A stretch of 64,000 bases of DNA from Pavona decussata (lineage: Eukaryota). The translations under genes and the position numbers were made by a program. The notes beneath the pieces were generated by a model. It saw only the letters and a program-made list of their open reading frames with translations. It was not told the origin of the DNA and did not search any database. Below are positions 48,361 through 62,655 of the stretch, in pieces; the first letter of the stretch is position 1; each line of letters starts with the position of its first letter. The DNA lies in assembly GCA_977016875.1 (NCBI GenBank), contig CDRNST010000215.1:1178001-1242000 (forward strand), read 5' to 3'.

Positions 48361-48481
48361 CGGTCCCCCACGGGTTAATTACCAAACTTGTCCCCAGATT
48401 CCTCGCGAAAATTCGCGAAAATAAATTTCCCTCCAGGCCTCGTCTCAGTCCTTTTCCCTTGGGAAGTGCCTTGTGCTGAAG

Positions 48482-51400
48482 ATGTTTTATAAACTCGCAG
48501 TTTTGAACCAAATTCGCCACCGCGCTGCGGTGCCGAGGCTTGAATATGTGCGAAGATGTCTTGCAACATGTTCAGGTACGTTTTAGTGGACGGCGAGTCC
48601 AGAATCTTGCTTGGCCTGCTTGGCGATGCTGTGTTTTAATATACAGAGGAGCTCGCGATCGTACACTGTACATTTCACAATAATAAGCTTAATTGTTGTA
48701 AGGTTGTGTGACCGTACCGCATTTTCGTACCATTTTTTGCCTGTCTTGTTAATGACCCTTTACTGTATTTTATCTTTGATTGACAACTTCAGTCCGGTGA
48801 TTTTTCTGCAGATGTGTTCGTTGTGCTTGTTTTTGCTGTTCTTTGGTTGGTTAGGTTTTGGCCAACTGCTCATATGATTAGAAATTTCAACTGATTTTGT
48901 TCCCAATTACTTTCACCTGTTATGCATTAGCTCACTAATTAATTATTTCTTGCCCCGTGCTGTTTAATCTGCATAACAGACTTTCATTTAGCCGAGCACA
49001 AGGCACGCGCGCGCGCTCGTGCTTTGCGATAAGATGTCTCGTGCTTCCACGTCTGCTATGCAGACTACGTACTGTCTCAGGGTGGGACAGTATGGGAAAA
49101 AAAAAATAATATGCAAGGCTGAGTGCTGTGCTTCCTGTTTACATGTAAGGTGGGTGACATGGGTACCCAGGTTATTGTCCTGCTGGGCTAAAACATAGCC
49201 TGCCTTTATATGAGAAAAGTCTGTAGGGTACTCCCTATAATGGACTATACAGGAGGCTCCACCTGAAAGGGGTACCTTTTTCAGGATGGAGATATATGTA
49301 ACAATTAAATTATGAGCTCGAGATTTCTATCACGTGATAGCTGAGTAGGGCGCATCCCGAATCAGTTATCACGCATAGAAATCTCGAGCTCATAATCTAA
49401 TAGGCTTTATCACGGTTTTGGACACCATTTTGACGAGTAGGCAAACAGGCTTGAAATAACACGGTGTTTGTATGGAAATCCGATTTCAAATAATTTTCAT
49501 AAAACATCGCTTCTGAAAAATTCATGAATTGGAAACTTTTGGCAATTGGAAAAGGAGTTTAAGAAAAAATTGGAGGGATGTAGCTGTGCCCAAAAAGCGT
49601 CCAGTCGTGTTTTGAACTTTCCATACATTTCCCGGTATTTGTTTCCCGCGAACTATTTTTAGTGGCAGTTCACGGCTGGTTCGCTTTACAGACAAATGTA
49701 TGGAAAGTTCAAAACACGACTGGATGCTTTCTGGCACAGCTACATCCCTCCAATTTCTTTCTTAAAATCCTTTTCCTAGTGCTAAAAGTTTCCAATTCAT
49801 GAATTTTTCAGAAGTGATGTTTTGTGAGAATTATTTGACATCGGATTTCCATACAAACATTGTTATTTCAAGCCTGTTTGCCTACCCGTCAATATGGCGT
49901 CGAAAACCGTGATGAGGCCTATCGTTTTAGTATAAATCTGTCGGTCAAAACAAAACAAGTAAATTACCTGTATCCATTTTCTCATCACAGACACTTCGAA
50001 AACGCGACAAAGTGGCCGCCATTTTGTTGAAAACTGCTACTCACTATCTATCACAGAATAGATGGCGAGCAGTGTAGCCAATCAGAGAACGGCATTCGTG
50101 ATAGAACACTAGTAGATTTATACTAAAAGAGGGTAGCTGAAGTATAGAAGAGGATAGGGAAAACTGTCATTTAGATATTTAAAAGGGCCTTTCAAACTCA
50201 GTTATAGTAAAAAACTATATACTATTTATCTGTTATCATCATTAAATTTGTTAACCTTTTAACCTCACATGTTTTGTTTATGATTGTTTCAACTGTACTT
50301 CATTTAAATCTGTCTGTAATGTTATTGGATTATCCATCTCACAGTTACTATGTATATACCTTTTTTTCCATTCATGTAACAGCATTGTAATGAGGAAGCT
50401 TTATTCTAGAAGCCTTCTAAGGCTTTGATCTTCTCCACCTTTTCTTAAGTTTTTCTTTTTGCCTTGAATTTGTTGTAACATGCATGCTGANNNNNNNNNN
50501 NNNNNNNNNNNNNNNNNNNNNNNNNNNNNNNNNNNNNNNNNNNNNNNNNNNNNNNNNNNNNNNNNNNNNNNNNNNNNNNNNNNNNNNNNNNNNNNNNNNN
50601 NNNNNNNNNNNNNNNNNNNNNNNNNNNNNNNNNNNTTTATGGTTAGCTACTTTCCTTGTGGAGTTGGTTTTTCCAAAGCTTGAAATGACTTCCTGTGAGA
50701 TTCACATTTATCATGATCTTTGCTGTGACCAGTATTAATTTTGTTTCCTTTTTAGGGCCTTTGTTTCAAAAGACAGCACCATTGGATCCTGGATTGGACA
50801 TGCCAAAATGTGACTTTGAGCCTGAGCCATATCAGGTGATTGCAATTTTCTTTTCATTTCTTTCTTTTCTTTTCATTGTTTAATTAAAACTGCAGATGTT
50901 TAAAGAATGTCTAGCTTAGTCCTCTACATGTTTAGGAAATTACTTGGCAACAAAATTTGATACTGGATACCACAATCATGAACAAAACTGTTAAGAAACT
51001 TTTAGTCAATCTACAAACTTGACCGCTACAGTGATACATCAACAACACAGCTCCCCCCTCCCCCTCATCAATGTCGATTCGTTGCTGAAAGAAAAAAAAG
51101 GCTGGGTGACTGTCCAGCCTTCAAAGCAACATTGAGTGAGTGGGAGGGGGGAGTGAAGGTTTGCCACTCTCTAGATGGTGTTTTCGACCATAAGGGTGAT
51201 TGAAATAAAGGTGCAAAATTCGCATTCTTCTGAACTAGTTTAAGTGTCCATGATTGCAGTAATAGAATGCAACATTAATAATACTTGCATGTACCAATGT
51301 CAGGGGATCACATTTGAACATGCCAAAGATGTGAGAAAGAAGAATCTTAACCCTGCAATGTTTACATACTACAAGAATCCTGTCTTCATTTCCAAGGTAC

Positions 51401-54400
51401 TACAGTATGTATTGTGTATACATTTACTTATTTTTACTTAATTTATAAAAAAAAAAAAAAAATCAGATAATTTGTTTTTAATTTTCAGCTTTATACAAGA
51501 CTTATATTGTCAATATTTTACTTTAATTTGTATTTTTTTAATTAAGTTTATTTATTTGCAAAAAAATTATCAGTCACATTGGAAGTTGTTTGTCATGCCG
51601 ATAATTATTGTTCACTGGTACCCGCTGTCCAGCTTTCTGTTACATTTACTGTGATGTTGTATCTCTATTTTGTAAAGACTTTATACAGGAGCTGCAAATT
51701 GTTCATTAATTCCTAACTTCAGATGTTTTTCTGTTCTAGGGTCACATGCAGTGGTTGTGGGATAGTGATGGCAAGAGATACCTGGACTTGTTTGCTGGTA
51801 TTGTGACTGTCAGTGTAGGGCATTGCCATCCGTAAGTTTTCCAGGCTAAAACTTGCTAGACATTAATTTTGTTCCCTTTTCCTTTCTAAAAGAATATAAT
51901 CTCTTGTCAGTGACTTAATTCACTCATGTTTACAATACACTGTATGTTCCTCTTGAATCATGTTTACATCAGAGCTGTCACCATACAGGGAAAAAAGATT
52001 AAGGACGAAGTAAGACCCACCTCTTCCCAAGCCTCTGATCAGTGCACCATCTGTGGCAAAATGTGTGCCTTCAAGATAGGTCCTCATTGTCACATCCACT
52101 AAATACTGTACTGTACATCTGTCCACTAACTCATCTGTTGCCCCAAACAGGGAAATCCAAATCCATCATCTCCATATTGTTGTATCTTTATTAAACCTTA
52201 ACCCTCGGCCAATTTATTTAAAGGTGTGCACGACTGTCTGCTAATTACTTGCATGACTTAAAGTTACCTATTTCTGCAGTAAAACAAATGACCATTACAA
52301 AGTGATTGACAGGTGTACAAATGTTATTTATTAGTCACATGATGATGATGATGATCAGCGCCTCTTGAAGTACAGTGGTTTAATACTCAGGAAATTTGAC
52401 TCGGAATTACTTCAAATTCCATTTGCAAACTATTAGCAAGTTATTGTACTTAGTACATTAACATTTTATTTTTAATTGCAGCCATGTTACAAATGCTGCT
52501 AAACAACAACTGGACAAGTTGTGGCATACGACAAACATCTATTACCATCCTATGGTTCATGAATATGCTGAACTCATGGCCTCTAAGCTGCCTGGAAACC
52601 TTAAGGTACAGATAAGACTAGTTTGCAAAAAAATTTCTTTATATTTATGTCTCAATGGGACTAATAATACTGATAATAAATATAATAATTTAAAATAATA
52701 ACCTGTTTGAATCTAAAAGAATAATGCAGCCAAATTGTGGATTTATGAAGCTTAGGTGAGGATAAAATTACTCAATGCCTTCCTCTTCAAAAATTTAAAC
52801 ATATGCAGGAGCTAGGCTGGCTCACCTCATGTGATACAGGGCAGGAACTCATTTTAGCATTAATTATGACAACCAGAGCAAAGGTGTTAAACTCATCATC
52901 AATAGATGAGCTTGGGAACAGGTGCCTAAAGGTGGTGGAGCCAGGCTGAAATTTGGCGGCAAGGAGGTATCCATGGCAACCCTGCGAACGGCCACCACCC
53001 GGCACCGTCACACTAAATAAATCAGTGGAATACTTACCTAAAACTTACCATAGAGAAGGGAGGGAGGGAGCGGGAGCAAAATCACAGCAGCAGACAAACA
53101 GCTAACTGCAGCCGAGCAAATGCAAACAGCGAATGACCTTTGAGCGAGCAAAGCGACGAAAACAACTGCATGAAAGCGTCACAGCGTGTCCCTGCTAGAT
53201 CTCCTGGGCCGCCCCTGTGACCACTGTGAGGGAAGACTGCTGACCCGCATTGTTTCGAGCTTAACTTAGCCTAAATTTCATTTAGCCACATGTTGATGTA
53301 ATTGGCCAGCTCCTAATTTAAAAAAGAAAATACAGTTGTAATAAAACTATTTAAATTTAGACATGTTTAAACTCATGTTCATCACTTCTGATAGGCTCCT
53401 CAGTGACATTAGGAAGATTTTGGTTGGATGATAGAGCGCTCTTCATGTAGCTAGCTGTTAGGTAGGAACATCTTGTATATTAGGAAGATGCAGACACTTA
53501 TGAAGCCAGAGTTATGAACATTGAGCATGCCTGTTCTTTTTATGTTCATTCTTATCAGGGTTGTGATTTATGGTGGAATAACTCTGCGATAGATTACTTG
53601 ATCATAACAGCTGATAATTAATACACTAGGTGGGACCTTGATGTTATGGATGATGTTGTCTGTTCAAATGAAGTTTAACACACTCACAAAAAAAAAAACC
53701 AGTTTGTTACGGATGTGTAGCTGACAATGCACCATGCGACTTAAAATTTAATTTTCGGTAACTTGCTCGTCTTGGCTACTTGAGTACCTAACAGGTTGTT
53801 CACTACATGTATTTGCATGCAACATTTATTATACAGCATCAGACTTTTCAGATGATAGTGTTACTTATGAGACAACATTGCTGTTTTTTTCTGCTTAGGT
53901 GTGTTATTTTGTTAACAGTGGTTCAGAAGCCAATGACATGGCTATCATGATGGCCAGAGCGCACACTGGAAACTATGACTTCCTCTCTCTCAGGTGAGAC
54001 AGTTACTCATGCTTTGCATCATAAATTATTTTGTCAGGTGTTATTTTGTTATGTGTTATTTTGTCAGGTTATATGCAGGTTTCTAATGTACCCATTTTTT
54101 TTACTTTCAGACCAAAATTACTCAAGATCTGTACCCCTTAGGGCAGTACAGTAATTATTACCTTTATAAGTATAATATTATACATGTACCAGTGAGTAGC
54201 TTACACATAAATAATTGTAAGGCATTTTAAGCCCACTCTTCCCATCCCCCCAGTCTGAAAGTATGTATAGGCCTCTTTTCTGTCATTGCATACATGTATT
54301 GTTCTTGACAACTTGACTATAGTGTTGTTGTGCCATTTTGTGGTAGGAATGCATATCACGGTGCCAGTCCATACACTTTAGGAATCCTTGCTCACAATAC

Positions 54401-57400
54401 ATGGAAACTCAATGTACCTGTGGGATTTGGTTTTTATCAGGTAAGTACTTACAACATAGAAATCACACTGTTGCCAACTTCAACTTTGTACTCCCGATTA
54501 TCCAGATTTTCAAATTTAATCGAAAGGTTTAATTTTTCTTGGTTGCATTTTAGTCGCATTCCAGATTCACCTTCCTTATATTTGTTGTAAGAGTGCTTCA
54601 GGTCTTAGTTATAAGAAAGTGGAAGTGTTGTTATGGGTAAACAGTGAATTCTGACTATTTGGGACAACTTAAATTGTGCAAGAAACTACTGATACTTTCT
54701 GTTTGGGATCCCAGAAAGGTAAGCTACCAGTAGTGGATTTAATAAAAAAGAAACTTTAAAATACTGTTGTTTAAGAAGTTTTGGTCTGTTGGCAGATCTA
54801 TATGACATCATTCATTTCTCATAGCATAGTTTACTGAGCAAAGAAATCAGGCAAAACTTGTTAGTTCTGCAATTTTCCTTGCACATGGCTTGATGTGCGC
54901 ATTTGTGAAATTATAGTTTAAATTTTGTCAGCATCCAAATTGTTTCAGTTTGTTGTTGATTATAACACCAAACACATCTTTATTTAGACCATGAACCCTG
55001 ATGTGTACCAAGGACCATGGGGTGGGGCAAACTGCCGAGATTCTATTGCACAGGTGAGGAATTTTTTGTATAGGCGCAATCTCGTGGGTAGGTTTTTGGT
55101 TAAATTGAGCTTTTTTAAAATACAGTAATAGGATTGATTATGATTTCCTCATGGTACTTGATTTATTCTGAATATATTTAATGTATTTTCCCTTTTAAAG
55201 TCAGCAAGCTGGCTTGAATTTTGTACAATGATTTTCTTGTCATTGGAAGTAAACATTCTCCTTTATCGTAGCATATCTTAGCATGCCGCATAACAAGTGT
55301 AACCAGGTAGAGGACGGGGAGTGGGGGCTTAAAAAGTCCCTGTTTTTCTCCCACTTTTGTCCCTCTCCCTCCCTGATAATGCCTGTTATGGAGGCTACCC
55401 TCTCAAAGTAATTTAATTAAATTTGACACTGAGAAATTTCTGAAACCGTCTGCAAAATTCCTTAATGTACAGAATAACAGTGATAGTTAATTGAATCATC
55501 TCCTTATACCCAGTACTCTGTTTCTGAATAACTTACTCCTTATTAGTGAGAGGCTTAACAGTTTTTTTGTCACCAGGGGAAGGCACTTATGAAATTACCA
55601 GTGGGTGCTTAAACAAAGAAATAAAACTCACCAATAATTTTGAACTTTTCCTTTTTTTTTTGCAGACGGACAGGACCTGCAACTGCTCACCAGGTAAGTC
55701 GAAACCATTTTTCTCCAAAAAATTGTAATTAAAAACAGTGCATCTCCGGATTTTTGAAAAGGTGGCCGATGAAAACTTGAGCGCTTTTCGTGAAACGGCA
55801 CTGAACCACGGGTATTTGGCTCCAAGAAGGCTCAGAATGACGCGAAAGAGAGAAGAAAGGAGAAAGAAGAGAGAGGAGAGGGAAAAGACTACACGGGTTT
55901 ATGTTTTTGAACTGCGGAAGAATGAGTGAATAAGTGAATGATCATCGCAGTTATATAAGCAAGTTAAGCAGTTGCGAAAAGAAAGCATGATACAAGGAGT
56001 GCCGGGGATAGTGGAAAATCAGAGCATTTACTAACGATATTTAGCTTGTATTGATTTTAAGGTGAGTGCATGGCATCCAAGATGTACGTTAATCAACTTA
56101 AAGATGTATTGGTTCACTCCACTGGGAAGAAGGTTGCTGGATTTATTGCTGAACCCATTCAGGTAAGAATAAAAACGTTATAGTGTGTTCAACCAATACA
56201 GTAAAAGAAAGCTTGTAACGTGAGGCCATTAAAATCCTGTGCCGGACCCCCCTCTCCACCCAACGCGTGACTGATGGCTATCTACCATTTTGTTACGCGG
56301 TAATGTCAACCCCATGTCCCTTGACAAAAACGTGTTCAATCCTTTGAGCAGGTTTGGAAAGTTACCAAGATTCAATTCCCGAAGTTCGTGTTTTTGCTTA
56401 ATTCTCGCTGATCTGATTGGCATCTGAAATAGTTCGTCAGGAAAACCACTACTGTTTGCTTATGTGCTGTTTTTGTCGCTCTTTCAGGGCGTTGGAGGCT
56501 CAGTTCACCTTCCCAAAGGATTCCTGAAGGGAGCATACGAGCTCATACGCGAGCGAGGTGGTGTCTGTATCTCAGATGAGGTATATATTAGTGCAGCTTT
56601 TTACTTTTATTTTTGGTGTAACTTGCAAGTTGATTATTGGTATGATCGTGAACTGTTGCTTTGTTTTTTTTGTAGGTGCAAACAGGATTCGGTCGTCTCG
56701 GCACCCATTACTGGGGTTTTGAAACTCAAGATGTTGTTCCTGATATTGGTATGCCACAAAATGCTGATAATTTAAGTTGCTTAAGATCTCAAGAGCGATT
56801 TTTATTTATATTTGTTGTTGCTAGAAGAAAACATTAGTAAAAAGTAGAGAGGTGTATACCGACCCTAAGCAGAATAAAACACGAAAAAGCGACTTCAGGT
56901 GTGTTCATTTGTTCCTAACCACGACTTAATTTTGATTGGCTCATACAGGGCCCAATCTCACAGCTCCCGTAAGACATACATTTTCCAGACCGTCTTTCTC
57001 AGCAAAATTATCACAGGCTATGGCTTTGTGCTAAGAACGTTAAAACAACAACCCCTGCACCAACAATGTGGAGTTTTGTTAAACGTAGACGTACAAGCAA
57101 GCGGGTTTGTATACCGTATGTTTGACGTGTTTTCACTAAAGTTGAAGACGTTTTGAAAGGGTTATCGTGTCCCGTGCACTTTTGGAGGTGTTTATTGAGG
57201 ATTTACTAACCATGCAATGTTTCCCCAGTAAATATGTAAAGCGTATCTGAATAATCCACTGATTTTGACTCGTGCTATTAATTTCGGCTGCACGATGCCC
57301 TTGTCAGTAATTAGGTTTCTTTTATTGTACACTGGACTCACTGCGCATGCGTTTCGTTATCAGTGACCATGGCTAAAGGTATTGGAAACGGCTTCCCCCT

Positions 57401-60053
57401 GGCTGCAGTCGTAACAACACCTGGTAAGTATTAGATAACTTGGTTCATGGGTAAATACCTCCGAGCGGGGCATCTAAGTACGAAAGGCCCTGCTTGTTAG
57501 GTGTGCCATGATAAGGTGAAGTTATGGAAATCAACCACGAGTAAGGATATGAAAGCCAACTTGTTTGTCTTTGAGATTATTTTGCTTCACGCGGGTGCAA
57601 AACTTGGTCTCTCAGCTAAACTTCCAAGAAATCTCTTTGCAATAGTTATTCCCGAATGTTGAGGATGGCTCTTTTACGTCATATCTCCAACAACGAGCTC
57701 TTCGGCAGCCTCCCAAGAGGCACTGTCGAGATTGCAACAAGACGAGACACGACTTCGGCTTGCTGCCTTCAGTCGGTGAGTGAGAGCCCCAAAGTTGTCC
57801 TCTTGAGAGATACTGGAGTCAGTTGAGAGGTTGTCGCGTGGCAGCCGGGATAGTTAGTTATTAACGAGATTTGCAAATCGTAGTGATACAAGGAATATAA
57901 ACATCGCTGTTCCAGAAAGAAAGACTGAACTCAGTCAAGGATGTTTAAGCACCATCTTCATATTCAGTTTTATGAATTGTTTTGCTTTTTGTTTTTGTTG
58001 GTGTTTTGTTTTTAACGTCCTGGAGTTAACATTAGTAGATTAATTAAAGAACACTTTGTCCTATATAATTGTTCTTCAGAAATTGCCCAAAGCTTCGCCC
58101 AAGCAATTCATTTCAACACTTACGGTGGAAACCCCATTGCTTCAGCAGTTGGAAAGGCTGTGTTAGAGGTACCATATGGTTGAGTAATATTGCAGCTTAA
58201 TGTGTGTTTTCCATGCACTCCGGCAACTGTCGGTGCATGGCAGACAGTACTCACTGAGTGGTTTACAAGTAATTAACTAGCAGAGCTTTTCAGTTTTGGC
58301 GCCACTGGCGTGGCATACCGCGGATGTGGCCTGTTGATCGGTTTACTAAACAAAAAGTCAAACTCTGATTGGCTGGAAATTGATCCAAGTCAGCTACTCT
58401 CACTTGAAATCCCGCCACGGAGGTGTGGCGCACGTGATCGAGTGTGTTAATCGGCTTACTAAACAATAACTGGCGTTTAAATTGGTCAGGTACTAGTATA
58501 AAGACGACCGCTCTTTCTGTTCTTTTCCCAGGCCATAGATCAAGATGGGACTCAGAAGAACTCGCATGTTGTAGGGACATACTTTCTAGAGAAGCTCCTT
58601 GAAGTCAAAAGTGAGTTCCCGGATATAGTGGGTGACGTCAGAGGCAAAGGACTGATGATTGGCGTCGAAATGGTGACAGATAAAGTAAGTTACGTCTACT
58701 TATTATTTTTTTACAATATTTTGAATTACTCGCTCGTTTTTACCGTCCTAAAATCGTCATGGGTGCATTTTCGCGAGGCCATGTAGAAGTGACGTCAAAG
58801 GAGAGGGTTTGAAAATTTGCGTTGAAATGGTGACAGATACCTGCAAGTGTTTGTTGACAGTTTCTATTGCCCTGAATCGTTAAAAGAGCTTTCCCTTGCA
58901 GATACTGGTAATCTATAGTTTTTCGTGGGCTTCCGCGAGGATCGCGAAAAAATTGCCTTCGCAAATTTTCAGTGAACAACGGTTGCTTTGTATTACCTCA
59001 TTCTACTCCGGCTGACGCAAGATTGTGAAAGTCGATTTTATAAGTTTCTACCTCGATAACATTTGACCAATTTGTTTGTGCAAGAAGTTTGTGAAAATAA
59101 AAGGTGTTTTATTTTCGAGAGGCACCAGAACTTTGAGCTGAAAAGAGAGAAGATTCCGCACTGATAGAATCGTTTGTTTTGTCGTTGCAGGAATCCAAGA
59201 CCCCGTTACCACCCGAAAAGTTTGTCCCCATATGGGAGGACTGTAAAGATATGGGAGTGCTGCTAGGCAAAGGAGGGTTATATGGAAATGTAAGTACGCA
59301 TGCTCAAAACCCACCCCACGCTGGTCAACACAATTCTCCATATCTCAAACTGACTTTGGACACCATTCGAAGTTTACATAAGGTAGTATTCCCTATCGTC
59401 ATAGTGCTGGCGTACACGAGAACAGAGCCCCATTTATTGGGCAGGGAATTAAGTTAATAGAGCGAGCTCCAGTTGGGCGAGGAACAGTCAGATTTAAAGT
59501 TAAGCATGGATTTGAAAACAGTAACTGTATAAGTAAGTTAATAATCACAATCCTCGACAGCTAGTCCTCATATGTGTAGAGATTGCGGATAGATGAGTGA
59601 AGCAAACGGCTCGGGTTCAAAACGCACATACACTATCAAGATTCTGACTTTTTTTCTTCTTTTAAGCTAAGCTTGAAATAAGTTTTGCTTTGTATAATTT
59701 TAAGTGAAATTGAGATATGGAAACTACTGGTCAGTACTGTAGCTACCTTACTGAAGTCACTACATGTCACTGTAAAAAGCGCGAAATTCGGCTGTCGCGA
59801 AAGCTACCTACAATATGTTTATACACACTTTTTTTCTCGGCCATTTGTCTATCCTATAAAAGCCCCACATTTTAGTTATTAAACTCTCCCTACACAAGTT
59901 TAAGATTAGCGCAAAAAACCAGCTAAACAGTTCAAATATTTTTTCTTTCATTTGTCAGGTATTTCGAGTCAAGCCGCCTATGTGTATAACAAAAGAAGAC
60001 GTGGACTTTGGCGTTGAAGTATTCCGTACGGCTTTGAAAAGATACACTCAAAA

Positions 60054-60060
<7 letters not shown>
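48482..60060 (+). CDS. AGXT2: Alanine--glyoxylate aminotransferase 2, mitochondrial (class III PLP aminotransferase; 17 exons, ~511 aa)
   Basis: Exons 48482-48575, 50756-50835, 51304-51396, 51740-51831, 52482-52605, 53899-53993, 54347-54440, 54988-55053, 55666-55693, 56062-56162, 56488-56580, 56676-56748, 57364-57423, 58080-58168, 58532-58684, 59191-59289, 59959-60060 (1536 nt). Motifs [72 protein letters not shown] (PLP lysine), [12 protein letters not shown]. Confidence 0.95.
49401..49921. mobile_element. ~520-bp foldback element (near-complete palindrome) in AGXT2 intron 1
   Basis: taggctttatcacggtttt..gtaggcaaacaggcttgaaataac inverted as gttatttcaagcctgtttgcctac..aaaaccgtgatgaggccta; pairing continues to the centre at ~49660. 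Confidence 0.9.
50491..50635. other. Assembly gap (N run)
   Basis: Run of n in the sequence. Confidence 1.
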
Positions 60061-60105
<45 letters not shown>

Positions 60106-60453
60106 GAGATACTCGGGTTTCCTATGGGTGGTGCCTGCTAATACAGGAATATTTTTGCGCGGTTTAAAACTATGTGGAGAAAGCAGAACTTAGCAAACGC
60201 TTTTGGTATCTCGAAAGAAAATTGGGGGTAACCATGCATTTTTCAGAGATAATTAAGCTTCAATTTAGGAAAAAATCCCATACATTGCTTCATATTTTGG
60301 CGTTTTTTAGAGATATTATTGTTTAATTATCTCTGAAAAATGCGTGGCTACCCCCAATTTTCGTTTTGGATTCCAATAGGCCTTCCTAAGATCTGCTTTT
60401 CCCGCATAGTCGCAAACCGCACAAAAATACTTCGATATTAGTAGGCACCGTCC
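60061..60453. mobile_element. Kolobok-like MITE (TTAA TSD) at the AGXT2 stop codon
   Basis: ttaa|ggacggtgcctacta...tagtaggcaccgtcc|ttaa; perfect 15-bp TIR. Confidence 0.88.
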
Positions 60454-61111
60454 TTAATCTCAACCGGAACTGTTTAATAGTCCTTCTTACTAATACGGAA
60501 TGAAGCATTCAAGGTATAACATGCGTGGATTTGTGATTCAAACTCTAAAGACTGGCAAAAATCCTACCTTGCGTAGCAGGCATAACCGGTGAGGGGGGAG
60601 GGAAGGTTGGGGTACTTTCTCCCGGCTCCTCCTCCCCCCAGGAAACTAACTCAATAACCACACAAACTACAAACTTGTAGTTTGTGTGGTTAATGAGAGG
60701 TGAATGGTATGAGAATTGATAGAACGCGTCACGCAAAAGTAGGCCGTTGTTTCCTTGACGACTGGTATTTTGGGCGTCACGCAACTCATTTTGTTTGGTT
60801 TCATCAAGAGTTTGTGAGGGAATTATGGAAGATAGGTTGTGTTCAAATGTCAGCACTTTTTCATAAAAGTGTCATTGCTGTGTCGCCAAAATGTTTATGG
60901 TTTAACTCGGGTTGGAGTGGTTGAAATGTCAGAAATATAAAAAAAAGATAGCACCATACTTTACGTTAATATTCTTAATGCATTCGTCAGTTGTGTAACA
61001 CGACAAATTGATGTAAACAGGGTAGTTTGATCTATTGTTAGTTTACAACAGCAGATGTCACAAATAAACCTTCACATTTTTTTAGCAAACTCCTTGTCAT
61101 GTAATGTGCTT

Positions 61112-61410
61112 TGAAGTAATAGATGAAACACGAGGAAGAGTGTTTCCTCCGATTTCCAAACACCGAGAAGAAGGTTGAAAAAACGAGGTGCAGTCGAGTT
61201 TTTTTTAACCAACTTTGAGGTGTTTGGAAATACGAGGAAACACTCTTTCGAGTGTTTGATATAGCTTCTCAAACTATTGATAATTCTTGGAGAAATTCGA
61301 AGGAAAAGTTCACAAAATTTTATGATAATTAAGATCACATCTCTAAACCTCCTTCACGGTAGTGATTTGCTTTGTTTTGGCTTGATGAATTATTAATGAG
61401 TTTGAGAAGT
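61112..61410. mobile_element. Non-autonomous repeat with terminal hairpin
   Basis: aaacacgaggaagagtgtttcctc..tttccaaacac inverted as gtgtttggaaa..gaggaaacactctttcgagtgttt. Confidence 0.6.
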
Positions 61411-62655
61411 CAGTTTTGGCTCTGTGGGTGAAATCCTTAAGTGTGGCCATTCAAAGGAAAGCTACGGAGCAGTACTTTCATGTGGGGCTGTTTATTAAGC
61501 ATAAACACGTTAAAAATCCCAAATGTCAGGAGGCAGACCGAAGCGGCACCTGAACGCGGTTGGATCTGGGAGCGAAATGGCTCTGACCTCGTACCATGAT
61601 TTTCTTGGTTCGATTGGAATGCAAGTAGATTAATCAAACCAAACACTAAAATATTTTATTCGATGGAAACGTTCACTCGATTGTAAAAGAAAGTTACAGA
61701 TCGTCAGCTTCTGCACTGCCATGAATATTTACACAACACACTATTACCTGTACAACATATACAGTATATATTGTTTCTCGGTTGTGTTAACCCTGAGCTC
61801 AAGGGAAATTAAATTTCTCAAGATTTCTCCACGAGAGTATACGAGAAGAGCCTCTGTTACCCAGGGCACCTTTCTCAGTCCCTGCGACGTGAAGAGGAGA
61901 GGCCCTGGGAACCAGGCTGACCATAAACACAGCTGATTGTCCAGCTGATGTACAAATTTGATGAAGGGCAAGACCAAGTACCGCTCGAGGCTACATGGAA
62001 GATAAAGAACCCCATCTTGGGTAGCGTAAAGAGAAATCACATAATATACCTATCTCTAGAAAAAAAATAGTTATTTGTTATTTCACACCGTTGTCAAACT
62101 AACGCAATTGTATATTTTACATGTTCTAAGCAAATACTATGAGAGGCGGGCTGTACAAATGCTTCCAGTAATTTGGATCACTCATTGCGGTAAATATTAC
62201 AAATTCAATCGTTGCTACCCATCTAATTTCCTCTATCCATACGATATCTATGTTCTTCGCATAAATAAGCGTAAAAAGCCGCATCGCGCTATAAAAAATA
62301 AAGATATAAAATAGCTGTCCGGTAATGAGATTTACCTTTACAGTTATAAGAAAAGCAAATACTTTGGCTTCAATAATTAAAAGTTGAAAACGTTTTTTGG
62401 CCAAAAATTGATAAAATTATACGCCAGTCTAATAGCCAAAAGATTATAATTTTCGATATTTTAACCAGAGAACGGATTTAACTTTAGTTCACCCTGCTTT
62501 ACCCTTTCATTTTTACTTCGGTTTTTGTTCACAAAATAAAATTAAAAGAAACTGCGCATTGTTATGAAAAACCTCAGTAAAAAAGTAACACACTTGTTTC
62601 TCTCCCACCAACATGGCGTACTTCATCCAGTGACTGTATAAAGCAGTGGTAATTG

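Noticed and set aside
52787-53260. GC-richer intronic segment with antisense ORF and two gtaagt donors
   Set aside because: No recognisable protein or termini; probably a repeat remnant
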